The translations under genes and the position numbers were made by a program. From the NCBI GenBank assembly GCA_964016885.1, contig OZ024740.1:411928001-411992000 (forward strand): DNA of 64,000 bases, given 5' to 3'. The DNA is from Eledone cirrhosa (lineage: Eukaryota). Below, piece by piece: positions 12,867 through 26,029 of this stretch (its first letter is position 1; each line of letters starts with the position of its first letter). The notes beneath the pieces are model-generated. The model was not told where the DNA came from, ran no database searches, and was given only the letters and a program-made list of their open reading frames with translations.

Positions 12867-14107
12867 ACATGCATAGATGGATGTTTCAATGTATGTATGT
12901 ATATCAAACTGACATTATCATTCATAGCTGAAAGATTAAAATTCTTTAAAAGAGAGCAATTTTTCAATTTGGTGTTATATAAAATTTAGCGTCATAATTA
13001 ATGTTCGCGTCTGGCTTCCGAAAATTGCGAAGTTGTATTGCACGCAAGCGCCTTTAAGAGATTTTATCTTTTCCTCCCCAGGTATAATTTACTCACTTCT
13101 TCTCAAGTGTTATTTAAAGTGATATATTATTGTTATAACCATTCACATTTTGACAACTACACTTCCAAACTTGCGAATTCAACCTGATCTTCAAACTTAG
13201 ATCCACACGCCTAAAATAATCTAAAATATGAGAATCCTGAACAGAGAAAACTTATGATGGATATATAGTATTATGTATGCTAATCCCGTGTACTTTTCAT
13301 TGTACAACATTGGAGGAAGATAACCGTGTGGTTCACATGTGAAAGTAATCTTAAAGTAATGTGATATACCGTATCACGGTAGCAATGTTTCGTTCAAAAG
13401 CTTTCTTACATGCCATTACTCTCACGTCGCAATATTTCGACAACATATTTTGCGTTTATATACTGTGAAATGTAAAATATGTTTCATCGGCCAAGTCCAG
13501 AAGGGCTCTCCCTTCTGAGAGGCTGTTATGGATTAGAAGGATGATCGTATGGCATGTGAAAGCTGAGAGCTATTTCAGATACACGAATAGATGGTTTCGA
13601 AACCAAAAATATAATTTTATAAATATTGATTCCAATTTTATAAATATTGGGGATTTTAACTTGTGCTTTATGTAGAATTTTCAGATTTGGACTGGCTCTA
13701 CATATCCAATCATATTGGTTTCCTTCCTATGATCTCATATGTACAACTACTTCATCCAATTGCAGCATCTGTTATACGTTTGGAAGACTACCATTTAAAC
13801 GATATATAAGTTAATGGTAACCCGTTCAATAAATGTTGCTCTTGAAATTATGGAGGAAAATATTAACCTTGGCACAACATGAAGTCAGAGTGGATTGTGT
13901 CGGTAAGGACAACGCAAATAATTCTATGTCTCTGCACACACATAGTCTTAGAATAATTTGTATGCATTTTCCCACCCTTCAAGCAGGATGGCGCACAAAC
14001 ATGGTCGGTAAATAAATACCTTTTCTATGTTATATATAATCGATGAAACATATGTAAATAAAACAAATAATGTATTCATTTCTAAACATTAATGAAATAT
14101 TTCTTTC

Positions 14108-14151
<44 letters not shown>

Positions 14152-15706
14152 CTCTCCCTCTCTCTCTCTATATATATATATATAGTCCCCCACCCCTCAC
14201 TCTCAAGCGTGAAACATTTGTATTGTTCTCTGATAATTTATTCAACTATATATATCTGTGCGTATGTGTACATTGCACCATCATTTACTTTAAAATTATT
14301 TACCAAATTATATAGAACAGAAGAAATCTATTCAAAAACGTAACTGTCTTTAATATCCTTTTAACTAGCATAAGTAGCTTTCTGGTCACGAGACCGCACT
14401 CTCATAAAAATGATGTTAACCAAATATCAAAATTGTATATTTCATACAGTCTTCTCTTAAAATTGTTTTTGCTTTAATACTAATTTCCTATTTCATGCTT
14501 CTTGATAACAAAAGAGCATGTATCAATAGTGAATATCTTATGATCAAGACGTCCTTGTGGTATGTCTCAGAAAATATTCTTAATTTAGTTAACTTTTTTA
14601 ATATTGTAATTATCAATACGTAAGCGCGGTTCCAACGAATGGATAAATATTTTAATTTTTCAGCGTTGAAGAATAAAAAAAAAAGAATTATATTGTAAAG
14701 GTATACAGACAATGTGTTGTTTACTTATTTCTGCCAACTGAAAAGTGATTTAGTGCTACATGGAGGTTACTGTAGCATATTATATTAAAAGCTTAAATCC
14801 TTCCTATCTAGTTAAAGACGAGAAAACTAGTTTCATATCTCGTTAGTAACGGATTATGATTTCGATGTAAATATATTATAAGTATTGAAGGCAAATGCCA
14901 GTGTTTCATTTAAAATAAATTATTTCACTTTACTAATGGATGTCCGTATGCAACATATAGAAACTTTAAAATTGACCTACAAATTCGACTGTGTCATACA
15001 AATGTGATTGAACTTTTAATTCAAGATCTTTGTATGCGTGAACCGAGTGTGAAACATTTCCATTGTTTTGCTTTAAAATATTCTGTAATATTGATATTGA
15101 AATTATATTGGTGGGCAACTCACGAGCTGTATATTGTGAAGTGTTTAGATTTCATACTCTTTTTAATGTAAATATTCTCCTGTCAGAATGAAATCAGACA
15201 TATTTGTGAGAATGTATTTTAGAAACTATAATCTAATAAATTATAAGAATATCGTAAAATCAATTTTGGTTTTGATTTTACGCAGCAGAAGTGGTTTCAT
15301 TGGTCGAAAATTTAATTGACCTAATTTACCTTATATTGATTATAATTATATTATCAAACCATGAAGTTGTTTTAATTCACGATATTATATGGCAGATTAA
15401 ATGGAATCCATGTCATATCTACGGCTAGAATTTTACGAAATGTTATAAGATATTTTTTTATGAAATGAATCGTTTTATATTTTACGACGGATACGAAAGA
15501 AAAATCATTTTATAGTTTCTGGTGAAGACAGAGAGATATGATAGACACAAGGAAATAAAGGTATCAACTATATTGACGGGCAACATTTTCCATGTTTATA
15601 TGTAGCTATGAATGGACAAGAATTATTCCAAATGAAGACATATATAATTCAGAAGTAGATATAGATACATACATACACACATATATACACACACACACAC
15701 ACACAT

Positions 15707-15779
<73 letters not shown>

Positions 15780-15902
15780 TTTATCCCGGGGTCAATCGGG
15801 GATAACCGCAGTAAGTAAGGTACTCAATACAAAGCAGAGTATAACTATTTAATATAGAAAGGCTTCTACAGGACTAGAACTGTTTGAGTCGGGAGAAATT
15901 AC

Positions 15903-16072
15903 GCACAAGGCCAGCAATTACCCCAGTGCATTATTGGTGCTTTTATCGACCCCGTAATGATGAAAGGTAAAGTTAACCTCGGCGGGAGTTGAACTCAGAA
16001 CGTAAAGGGCCATAGCACTTTGCTGTAAAGCATTTGCCTGACGCTCTACCGATATTGCCAATCCACCACCGT
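15903..16072 (-). mobile_element. tRNA-derived SINE (family A)
   Basis: Family match; head-to-head with the next copy. Confidence 0.85.
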
Positions 16073-16089
16073 TATATTATATATATATA

Positions 16090-16277
16090 GGCGGTGGATT
16101 GGCAGTAACGGTAGAGGGTCGGACGCCATGCTTTCCAGCATAGTTACGTTCCTTTACGTTCTGAGTTCAAATCCCGCCGAGGTTGACTTTGCTTTCATCC
16201 TTACGGGGTCGATAAAATAAAGTACCAGTAATGCACTGGGTAATTACTGACCTTGTGCCTAAAGTAGAAACAATTAT
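16090..16277 (+). mobile_element. tRNA-derived SINE (family A), full length
   Basis: A box TGGCAGTAACGG, B box GAGTTCAAATCC; flanked by TTATATTATATATATA direct repeats. Confidence 0.9.
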
Positions 16278-16340
16278 ATTATATATATATAATAGCTTAT
16301 TCTTTCACTTTCACCCATCTTCCAATCAGACGCACTCACT

Positions 16341-16384
<44 letters not shown>

Positions 16385-17118
16385 GAACTAAATAAATATA
16401 TATATATTTTTTAAAATAAGACTCCAGTTGCATTTTCGATTTTATCTTTTTTTCTTTATACTTTCACTCGTGTAGGACACCTCGGTTATTTTTCATTTTG
16501 TAAAAAAAATTCACTTTCTAATATATATAAATATATATATATATATATACACAGAGGTATCCACTGTAAGTTGTGGGGTCTATTCTATTAAATAAAAGAC
16601 AGGAATTGATCATAGTCTGTAATCACCATATACGAAAAACATTTAAATACTATAAACCTAATTAAATACTATAAACCTAGTTAAATAGCAACTCACTAAA
16701 TTCCGTATAGAATACCATTTATTAGTACCTTTTTCCCCTAATTATTTGCTTTCAGGCTTATTTTTGCCATTTAATGTTTTAGCTTCCTTAGATTTATGCG
16801 TTCATGACTAAAGGCAACAAGATACACAGCCACCCGTAATTGCATGAGCGAAAATAAACATGTATAATATGGAAATATATTTATGTGTGTATATATTTGT
16901 GTATGTATATAATTATATATATATATATATATATATATTGGTAAAAGAAAAAGAAAATGCTGACAAATTGTTCCCAGTGAAAAATAGTTTAATTAGGAAT
17001 AAGTAAAAATTAGTAATAAGTATTCAGATTTGGTTTTAAGTTTTTTACCGGTTGCGCATTTCTAATGCTTTTCAAAAATAATTTTGAGATAGAGCGCCCG
17101 TGATTTTTGCTCTAATCT

Positions 17119-17119
17119 G

Positions 17120-17151
<32 letters not shown>

Positions 17152-17152
17152 C

Positions 17153-17229
<77 letters not shown>

Positions 17230-17329
17230 TATTTATGTGGATATGTGTATATATGTATATGTTTGTGTATGTATGTGTATGTGTGTATGTATGTATATGC
17301 ATGTGTATGAATATGTGTATATATGTATG

Positions 17330-17390
<61 letters not shown>

Positions 17391-17397
17391 GTGTGTA

Positions 17398-17460
<63 letters not shown>

Positions 17461-17465
17461 ATGTG

Positions 17466-17521
<56 letters not shown>

Positions 17522-17863
17522 CATACATAAATATATACACACATAAATATATTTCCATATCATACATAGATGTTTATTTTGCAAACTTGACTGTCATCAC
17601 ACATTATGAACCTGAAGATTGCGAAAGCATGAAAGTACTTGTTCAATTAACACTTAACATTTAATATTCTACCATACTATTTCATTATAATAACATTATA
17701 AATTTTAAAGGATTGTAAATAAAACGAGTAAATCAGACAAAGTTGGAATTCATTTTACTAATACAATCTTCTATACACAATCATACACACCCGTGTATAT
17801 TTATCTATCTCTCTCTCTCTATATATATATATATATGCGTGTGTATGTATATGTATATATATG

Positions 17864-17896
<33 letters not shown>

Positions 17897-18004
17897 GTGT
17901 ATATATATATGTATCTATTTGTATATGTGTGTGTATATATGTATGTAGGTATGTGTGTGTCTATATGTATGTACATGTATATATGTATGTATGTGTGTGT
18001 GTGA

Positions 18005-18090
<86 letters not shown>

Positions 18091-18190
18091 GTGTGCATAT
18101 GTGTATGTATCTGTATATGTATATGTATATATGGGGGTATAGATGTGTATGTGTGAATATAGATATGTATGGATATGTATATATATGATT
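17119..18190. repeat. Compound (TA)n/(TG)n microsatellite field interrupted by a short PLE-type tail
   Basis: Direct reading; source of the YIYIYI ORFs. Confidence 0.95.
17607..17645 (+). ncRNA. Minimal type I hammerhead ribozyme (39 nt, CUU triplet)
   Basis: tgaac CTGAAGA t-tgc-GAAA-gca-t GAAA G TA CTT gttca; perfect 5-bp stem I; palindromic AGTACT stem III. Confidence 0.75.
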
Positions 18191-18884
18191 ATATGCATGC
18201 GTGTGGATATGTATTTAGGTTTGCATCTATTTGCACGTATGTATATGTTGGTTAGATATCAATATAACTGTACCCCTCTCTATATGTGGTGTCAATATAT
18301 GCACTTTGTAGACTATGAAATTTATGTGTTTTAACTATGCCAACATGTACTTATCTGAGTTTGATTGTTTATGCATAAACATACTTAGTAATATTTTATA
18401 GCGTATAATATGTTATATTATACTGAGTGCAATTTACCACACCGTACTATATGCTGTTGGTTAAGTTGCATATTATCGCATTCCCATATCACGTTAAGTT
18501 GTATATTATCGCATTACTATATCACATTATCTTATTATAATTTTCATCTTTTAATATACTATCTTTCCTAGCCATAACATTAATTTATATTCACCTTAAA
18601 ACTCAATACAACACTAATCACCATTTATTTTGACATTCCTTTTAAATTCACTATACAAGATACATTCAACTATCAGTTTGACAATCCCCTTCCTTCCTAA
18701 TAGATGTTTATGCCATTTCTACTAACACCTTTCAACCATTCCTTTCACAGGGTCATGACCTCAACTAAAGTGTATTACTTTTCATCTTAACACCATATGA
18801 AAAAAAACAATTTGATTCGTTAGTTTTTCAACTACCTCCAAATATGGACATGATACTAATTCTGAGTAACATTATTATTGAATT

Positions 18885-19250
18885 GGCGGTGGATTGGCAG
18901 TATCGGTAGAGGGTCGGACGCCATGCTTTCCAGCATAGTTACGTCCCTTTACGATCTGAGTTCAAATCCCGCCGAGGTTGACTTTGCCTTTCATCCTTAC
19001 GGGGTCGATAAAATAAAGTACCAGTAATGCACTGGGTAATTGCTGGCCTTGTGCCTAAAGTAGAAACAATTATTATTGAATTGGCAGTATCGGTAGAGGG
19101 TCGGACGCCATGCTTTCCAGCATAGTTACGTCCCTTTACGATCAGAGTTCAAATCCCGCCGAGGTTGACTTTGCCTTTCACCCTTACGGGGTCGATAAAA
19201 TAAAGTACCAGTAATGCACTGGTTCTAAAGTAGAAAGAATTATTATTGAA
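18885..19250 (+). mobile_element. Two tandem family A SINEs
   Basis: 18885-19075 full length and 19081-19245 slightly deleted; ATTATTATTGAAT occurs before, between and after them. Confidence 0.9.
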
Positions 19251-19441
19251 TAAAATTATTATTGCTTTTGAAAACAGGTGGTGATATGCATGTAAGTAAA
19301 TATTCTCTCTATCTGATAGTTTGTAAACTTACATAGATCAATAACTGAGTATAGATACAATATATTATCACCATCTAGAAACGATCGTAAAGCAGTGAAG
19401 TATATCTCTAATGACTTGATTTTTTTATTTTATTGTTTTAA

Positions 19442-19536
<95 letters not shown>

Positions 19537-20943
19537 ATGGATATATATATATATATATCCATGTACGCGTATTGAAAATAAAAACACTTTTTTCACAGTT
19601 GCAATGCTTTCAAACTTCTTATTCTTGTTTAACTACATATAGAAAGTGTATGAACATATTTGTTAGCACTAGAGAAGTAGGGGATAGGTACTTCCAAATG
19701 AATATATGACTTGTACACACACACACAATCGAACCCTCATAAATATAGAACGAACATACATGACCATACAACATGTTTTCAATACATGTTGAAGTCAATT
19801 TTTCATCTCTGCTTAATTATTCTACGTATAAACTAATCCTAAACTGATCACTTATAAAAACATTAAATTCATATGATGAGTGAGAAAGAGAGTCTAACAT
19901 GATTCTGTGAAAAATATATCCAAGAAGAATTAAATATTGTTCTTCAAAATATTTCCTCATGAATTATAAAGTTTAAGATGGCCATTATTCCTCCAAATAT
20001 ACGTTTATTATTGAAAGGATATTGATTGAAAAGCAGTTACATATGCTTTAACAACATCTTTGTCGTACCGACACAATGGTCATTTTGATTCTCTTTGTTA
20101 ATGTCGGTTTTTCAGGATTGTGTTATGACGTAACTAGATTTTATTGTTTTTCTGTTCGGAAAATATATCTACGATTACATTCCTACCTTATGAAGCATTC
20201 ACATGATAAATGTGGGCGGCAAAACCAACAATTTAAGATTATTGAGAAAGCATGAACATACGTTTTCCTCCTCACATGATATTATCTGAGTATAACATGT
20301 TTTTATTCGTCCAGAATAAATTTGTAGCAATCTATTTAAACTTCAGCAATTATGGATCAGGAATTTGTAAGCTTTTATCCCAATGACGTCTAAAATGTGG
20401 TCACGTAATGATTACTTAATGGCTTAAGAAATCGATAATGTTGTTATTTCAACCACAATGCACTTGAACCAGGTTTATATATGTAGACGGAAGGAAAAAT
20501 AAAAACATAAAACGCTGGAGAAAGGAATTTGTGTGTTTCTACAGAAAACTAAGAATATATCATCGTGCAGCGTAAGTTCATTTAAGTATATAAAGCAATT
20601 TACAATACTGAGTCTGAATCTTCATTACTGGATCATATTGGTATTTATTCAACGAAACACAAAGCAGTTATCTAAATACTATGGGAAACAACAAACTAAC
20701 AACGAGGAATGTTACAAATGTACAAGTGTATGTAGTCAATTGAATAAACGATGATATTCATTATTCTGCGATTGATAAAACAGTACAAGTCATATTCTGA
20801 AAACATTCCCATAAAATACGTATCATACATTGTATAATGCCGTTTTCTAAAGTATGAAATCAATAGCAATATGAATGAGATTGTGTTTCGTGTGAATACC
20901 TCAGTAGGGCATAGACACTTGAAATTCTTGGTCTACAATTGAA

Positions 20944-21112
20944 ATAATTGTTTCTACTTTTGGCACATGGCCAGTAATTATCGCAGTGTATTACTGGTAC
21001 TTTATTTTATCGACCCCGTAAGAATGAAAGGCAAAGTTAACCTCGGCAGCAATTTGAACTCAGACCGCAAAGGGGCGTAACTCTATACTACAAAACATGG
21101 TGTCCGACCCTC
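20944..21112 (-). mobile_element. tRNA-derived SINE (family A)
   Basis: Family match. Confidence 0.85.
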
Positions 21113-21217
21113 TTTGAAATTATAATGAAATACAAGGTTTTTCCAGACACATACGTACACACACATATATATACACACGCACACATATATATACACACAC
21201 ACATATGTATATACATG

Positions 21218-21301
<84 letters not shown>

Positions 21302-21553
21302 CAAATTTTTAACTTAATTATATATATATATATATAAAGAAACCTTTCGCTCTACATGACTGAATACAATAAATGTAATCTGAGCTTTTGGAATATTAAT
21401 AATAACATTCGATTCGTTTGCAAATAAGCCTCAATTTTATAGCCATGTCAGTAGAATGAACCTTTCATTCTTGCTCTTTTGTTGAGGCTTGTTTGTATAA
21501 CTGCAAACGAATCGAATGTTATTATTATCATTCGAAAAATTCGGATTACCTTT

Positions 21554-21598
<45 letters not shown>

Positions 21599-21760
21599 TT
21601 CAAGTTATCAATAATGTAGTGATAATATATCGTCACGTTAGAGATGAACAGCGTACGTGTAGGTTTGCTCAACGAGTATAAATTATATTCCGGAGAAAAT
21701 GTAGAAAAGATGAATATAAAATTAAATTCCTTTATAAAAGCACGTTCATTTTATATTCAT

Positions 21761-21836
<76 letters not shown>

Positions 21837-21840
<4 letters not shown>

Positions 21841-21953
21841 AAATAGTATGACCCCGACGGCAGAGCTCAAACCGTTTCGACGGCTCATTCGGTAGTCCAG
21901 GAATAGCCGTCGAAACGGTTTGAGCTATGACGTCGGGGTCATACTCTTTCCTA
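21837..21953. repeat. Foldback palindrome (49-bp arms) of a PLE-type tail; related sequence at 31476-31590
   Basis: 21837-21885 is the near-perfect reverse complement of 21905-21953. Confidence 0.8.
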
Positions 21954-22239
21954 TTACCCACTCTACTACCCTAAGTATTGAGTACTCTGGTGCGTTATGG
22001 TCCATCTGGTTCCCTACCACAATCCCTTCGTTATATACATAAGCTGGGTAATTGTGTAACTGCAGTTATATGTAGTTCGCTGTACCAAGCACTCGGTGCT
22101 AATCTAAGGTCTGTCTCGTGTTGGATTGAATTAAAGTGTTAAGACGGGTGTAGTGTGCAGAGTGTATTTACAAGGAAGTGTGTGTGTGCGTGTTTGTGTG
22201 TAGGTGTTTGAGAGTTTTTGTGTGTATATGTATATAACT

Positions 22240-22922
22240 TGGTTGTCCATCGTTTACGATGATGACATCCTCTTTATTGTTGTTCCCGTCTGCCATGGGC
22301 ACGAAGGTGGCTGTGGAGGCCGATCCTTGACTTGCAGGTCCCGGGACAGTGGGGGCAGGGGAAGAGACCGGAGTCAGACTGGCAACGCCCAGAGGTTACC
22401 TCCACATTTTACCTACACCTCTCGCTCATTGCTGCAGGGATTTGGGAGTGCACGCTAAAGAAGACACCTGTGCGAGAAAGGTTTATAGTGGGAGGGCCAG
22501 TGAACAGTGACGGTCCCACTCACTCGGCCGCAGAAGCCAGAATACGGTGGTACGGAGGACCGTCACGACTAGGGACTTCCTTGGCTGCAGTTGATGGCCA
22601 CGATGTCTGTAGTCCCTTGCCGTGCCCTAGCTCTCCACACCGCTTGCTGTTGCAGCCTTCGTGACTGTTGAGATTATGTTGTCCTCCTCCACTCACTCTG
22701 CCGGGTCCACTCTTCGCATGCAGGGGCAGGCATCCCCTATCTAACTCACCGAGGGGTTTCAGACGGTTCGGCCTGCCAGCTAAGGCGGTTTACCGGGCTG
22801 TGGCCGCTGTCGCATGCTACAGCTTCTTGGGACCACAGGTGAGAGCTGAGTGTCAGGTGGGGCCCAATGCAGGACGAGCTGTCCTGAAAAGGGCATGGCT
22901 AGCCCTCCCTGACACGCCAGGC
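22240..22922 (-). mobile_element. Internally deleted RTE-type element: GC-rich 5' region fused to C-terminal zinc finger and 3' tail
   Basis: Minus frame FPCPHCPGTCKSRIGLHSHLRAH..* (22274-22363) is a typical RTE terminal finger; no RT or endonuclease between it and the 5' end. Confidence 0.7.
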
Positions 22923-22984
22923 ATATATACACACGCATATACATACACATACATATGTACATGTGTATATACATATTTACACAC

Positions 22985-23174
22985 TTTTGGATGGCCGTTG
23001 ACTCTTATGAGTTCTTCCGCCCATTGTCAGCTTTTGTTTTTTGTCCTGCAGGGTGTCCAAAATCACCCTCCTCACTAAGTAAACTTGGTGGGGTTGCCAG
23101 TTTAGTCGTCGGCGACCCGACCATGCGACCGGTTGTACTGGTTTACATGTTACCAGTAGCACCCAAGAGTGACC
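22985..23174 (-). mobile_element. 5' portion of the non-autonomous RTE-like family
   Basis: Homologous to 12349-12540 and 34075-34264. Confidence 0.7.
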
Positions 23175-23949
23175 TAACAGTGTATATATGTATATATATA
23201 TATTTGTGTGTAATGGCTATATTCTGTTCTTCCAAATTTGAATGAATTCCAAGAGAAAAGGTGGAAAAAATATGTAGAGAGAGTGAAGACATACAGGGTT
23301 ATTAAGTAGCAGCAAGTAGCAGAATAAAAGGATACATAGAAGAAAATTGTATAGGAAAAGACAGGTAAAGAAGCAACCGTGTTTGTACAGGAGGACCCGA
23401 CGGGAAGTAATACTAGATAGCATTGGTTTGTGGAGGTAATTTATGGTATCGAATGATTTCATCGTATTGTACGTGGAAAATTACCTTTCTCGTATTTAAA
23501 TATGTGCGTGTATAGGTAGCCATGGAGGAAATTCTCTCTGGTGTAAAAACAGTTGTCGCATTTGGTTGTCATTCGGTCGATTACAATTAGTATGTCCTCT
23601 ACTCAGTTGAGTAGTTTCGGGACGTTTGTAAGCTCCTCCATTTGTTGGGGAGATTTGTAACACTGAATTTAAAATGAAAACAACTAAATGGTCTGTTTAG
23701 CAGAAGATGTGTAACTACGTGAGAAGGTCGGAAGGCATATTCAGAAATCGTTTTCTAAAAATAAAGATGAACTTCAGATAAGATAAAATATCTTGTAATT
23801 ATCTCGTAATTAATTCCGCACACCTCTCTTCTACAATTCTAATCAATTAATTCTCCTTTACAATATGCTTATCCTTCAAATGTTATTTTTCTAAAGTTTA
23901 TTAAGACTACCTTCATGTAACAGATTGTTACAAGAAGGTAACAAATAAC

Positions 23950-24017
23950 AAATAATCACCCTGGGTTAAACAAAATAATCACCCTGGGTTAAACAAAATA
24001 ATCACCCTGGGTTAAAC
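23950..24017 (+). repeat. Tandem repeat, 3 x 23 bp (AAATAATCACCCTGGGTTAAACA)
   Basis: Direct reading; no spacers. Confidence 0.9.
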
Positions 24018-25898
24018 ATTATACGCTTCTCTATATATATGTGTAGGAACCGTTCCTATATTTTTCTTACTCATTCTTATTTTTTGTGTTCTATTCGATA
24101 AGGCGAATCTGATACTGTTATAGTTGGATATATTGTGTAAGCAAAAGTTAAGGTTATTTTAGCATCAGTCTATATATCATTGACAACTCGTTGACTATAA
24201 ATATTTTTTAACATGTTAAATCGTGTGAGCGTAATACACGAATCTGCAGAAACGAAATTTATGAGGGAATTCCAGTGCATATTTTAAATGATATCTTTAC
24301 TGTTTGTGGTAATTTGCGCTAGATTTAAGTGCCACATATTCTGAAGGCACTTTTCAATTTCATATACCTTAAAGGAAAGAACTAATAAACAAAATGGTTT
24401 GAAATCCATCAAATTGTAAGATATATATCATCTCATTTTATGTGAGAAAATTGTTTGTGCAAAATGCATTAGAATACAATTCTTATATGACGTTTTACAG
24501 TACAACCTATATTTTCCATTTGCCACCTATTTAGCAGCTTTGGGAAAACTACATTCAATATGAGACACGGGTAGAATGATTTTATTTTCAATTCAGGTTG
24601 CGGGATAAATAAAGTACATGATGAAAAGGCACCAGGGGATTTTAATAATAAAAAAACACCTTCAATTTATATCGCAAGAAACGCATTTTAACCTCAGTGT
24701 ATTAAAATCCATTGATTGTTTTGCTTAACCACCATAGCTCATGACTGAATTATTTAAGGCAGGCCGGTACTTGCAGCGCATTATTTAAGAATAGTTAAGA
24801 AACAATATGAAATATATTTAAATTGCTTTAGTATTCTTAGATGTAATATAAATTACGTGCAATATATAGACAAACCAACTTACTTCTACGCACAGTTAGA
24901 TATATACATGATTAATAATTTCCAAGATGGGGCATTCATAGATCCAAGTGCTATGGAGGAAATTACCCTATCCGGTGTAGAGGTGTATCCATATAAATTT
25001 AAACGGCCTTGGCCATTTGGAGCACTTGTATGTTCCATGTGTATTTGCATCGGTGGTTTTGTTTTCCAGTACAATCATCTTGTATAGAATTTTGTTTGTA
25101 AGTAGACATCCATTTACAAACCTTAATTAGCTATATATAGATAGCTGACTTCAGGTGACGCCAAATTTCAGCAGAATATTGATTATAAGTAATGCAACAT
25201 ATTCACATCACATTTGAGACAGCGAGCGAGAGAGATTTGGAATTCATGATCTAATCTTGGAGGTGTGTAATAATATTTTCATAGTTATCAAGGGCCAACT
25301 TCTAATTCTTAGAATAATATTTTAATGTTCTCCATAAAGGAGATATAATGCCTATATATTTATTGAATATATTCACACATGGATTTCCATTTTGTGTTCA
25401 ATAAATTTACATATATTGTGGGGCTTTCTGGAATACACTTACAAATAATATAAAGGTAAAACTGAAGTGTTGTGCTTGCATAAATAGTGTGTTTAGAAGG
25501 TTTAATAATCATACGTTTTAGGATTACAGAGGAAAATGGATATTGTTATATGCCTACTATTTGAAGCAGAATTCATAGTATAGAATATAGTGCAAATCAA
25601 AATCACAATATTTTAGAAATTGGCAATATTTTTAATTATAATAATAAGCATTTTCCTGTCAGGGCTCACAGGTTTAAATTTAGATATTTGTAATGGCCTC
25701 TTAGGTATTTTTGCTAGTTTAGCGAACATTGCCCCAAACCAGAAATTCTACATTGCAAATATTATCATTATATTCCAACAGTAAGCTCTTTTCTTTGAAA
25801 TACAATATATCATTGGAACAACTCATATTTCATCTAATAAATTGACATACATCATGACTATAATGCACACAGATCTGTGTGCATTAGTACACCCTCCC

Positions 25899-25945
<47 letters not shown>

Positions 25946-26029
25946 GTAGTCGTGTGTAACGATTAATTACCGGTGGGTCACCAGTTTAAGCACCCAATGC
26001 TAATATTTAGGTAGGGCTACCGATATGGC

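Noticed and set aside
17072-18198. ORFs rich in YI, HT, CV or poly-L (here and throughout the window)
   Set aside because: Translations of (TA)n, (CA)n, (TTA)n and (CTT)n microsatellites that lack stops
23950-24017. CRISPR-like or telomere-like short repeats
   Set aside because: Three abutting 23-bp copies with no spacers; a simple slippage duplication
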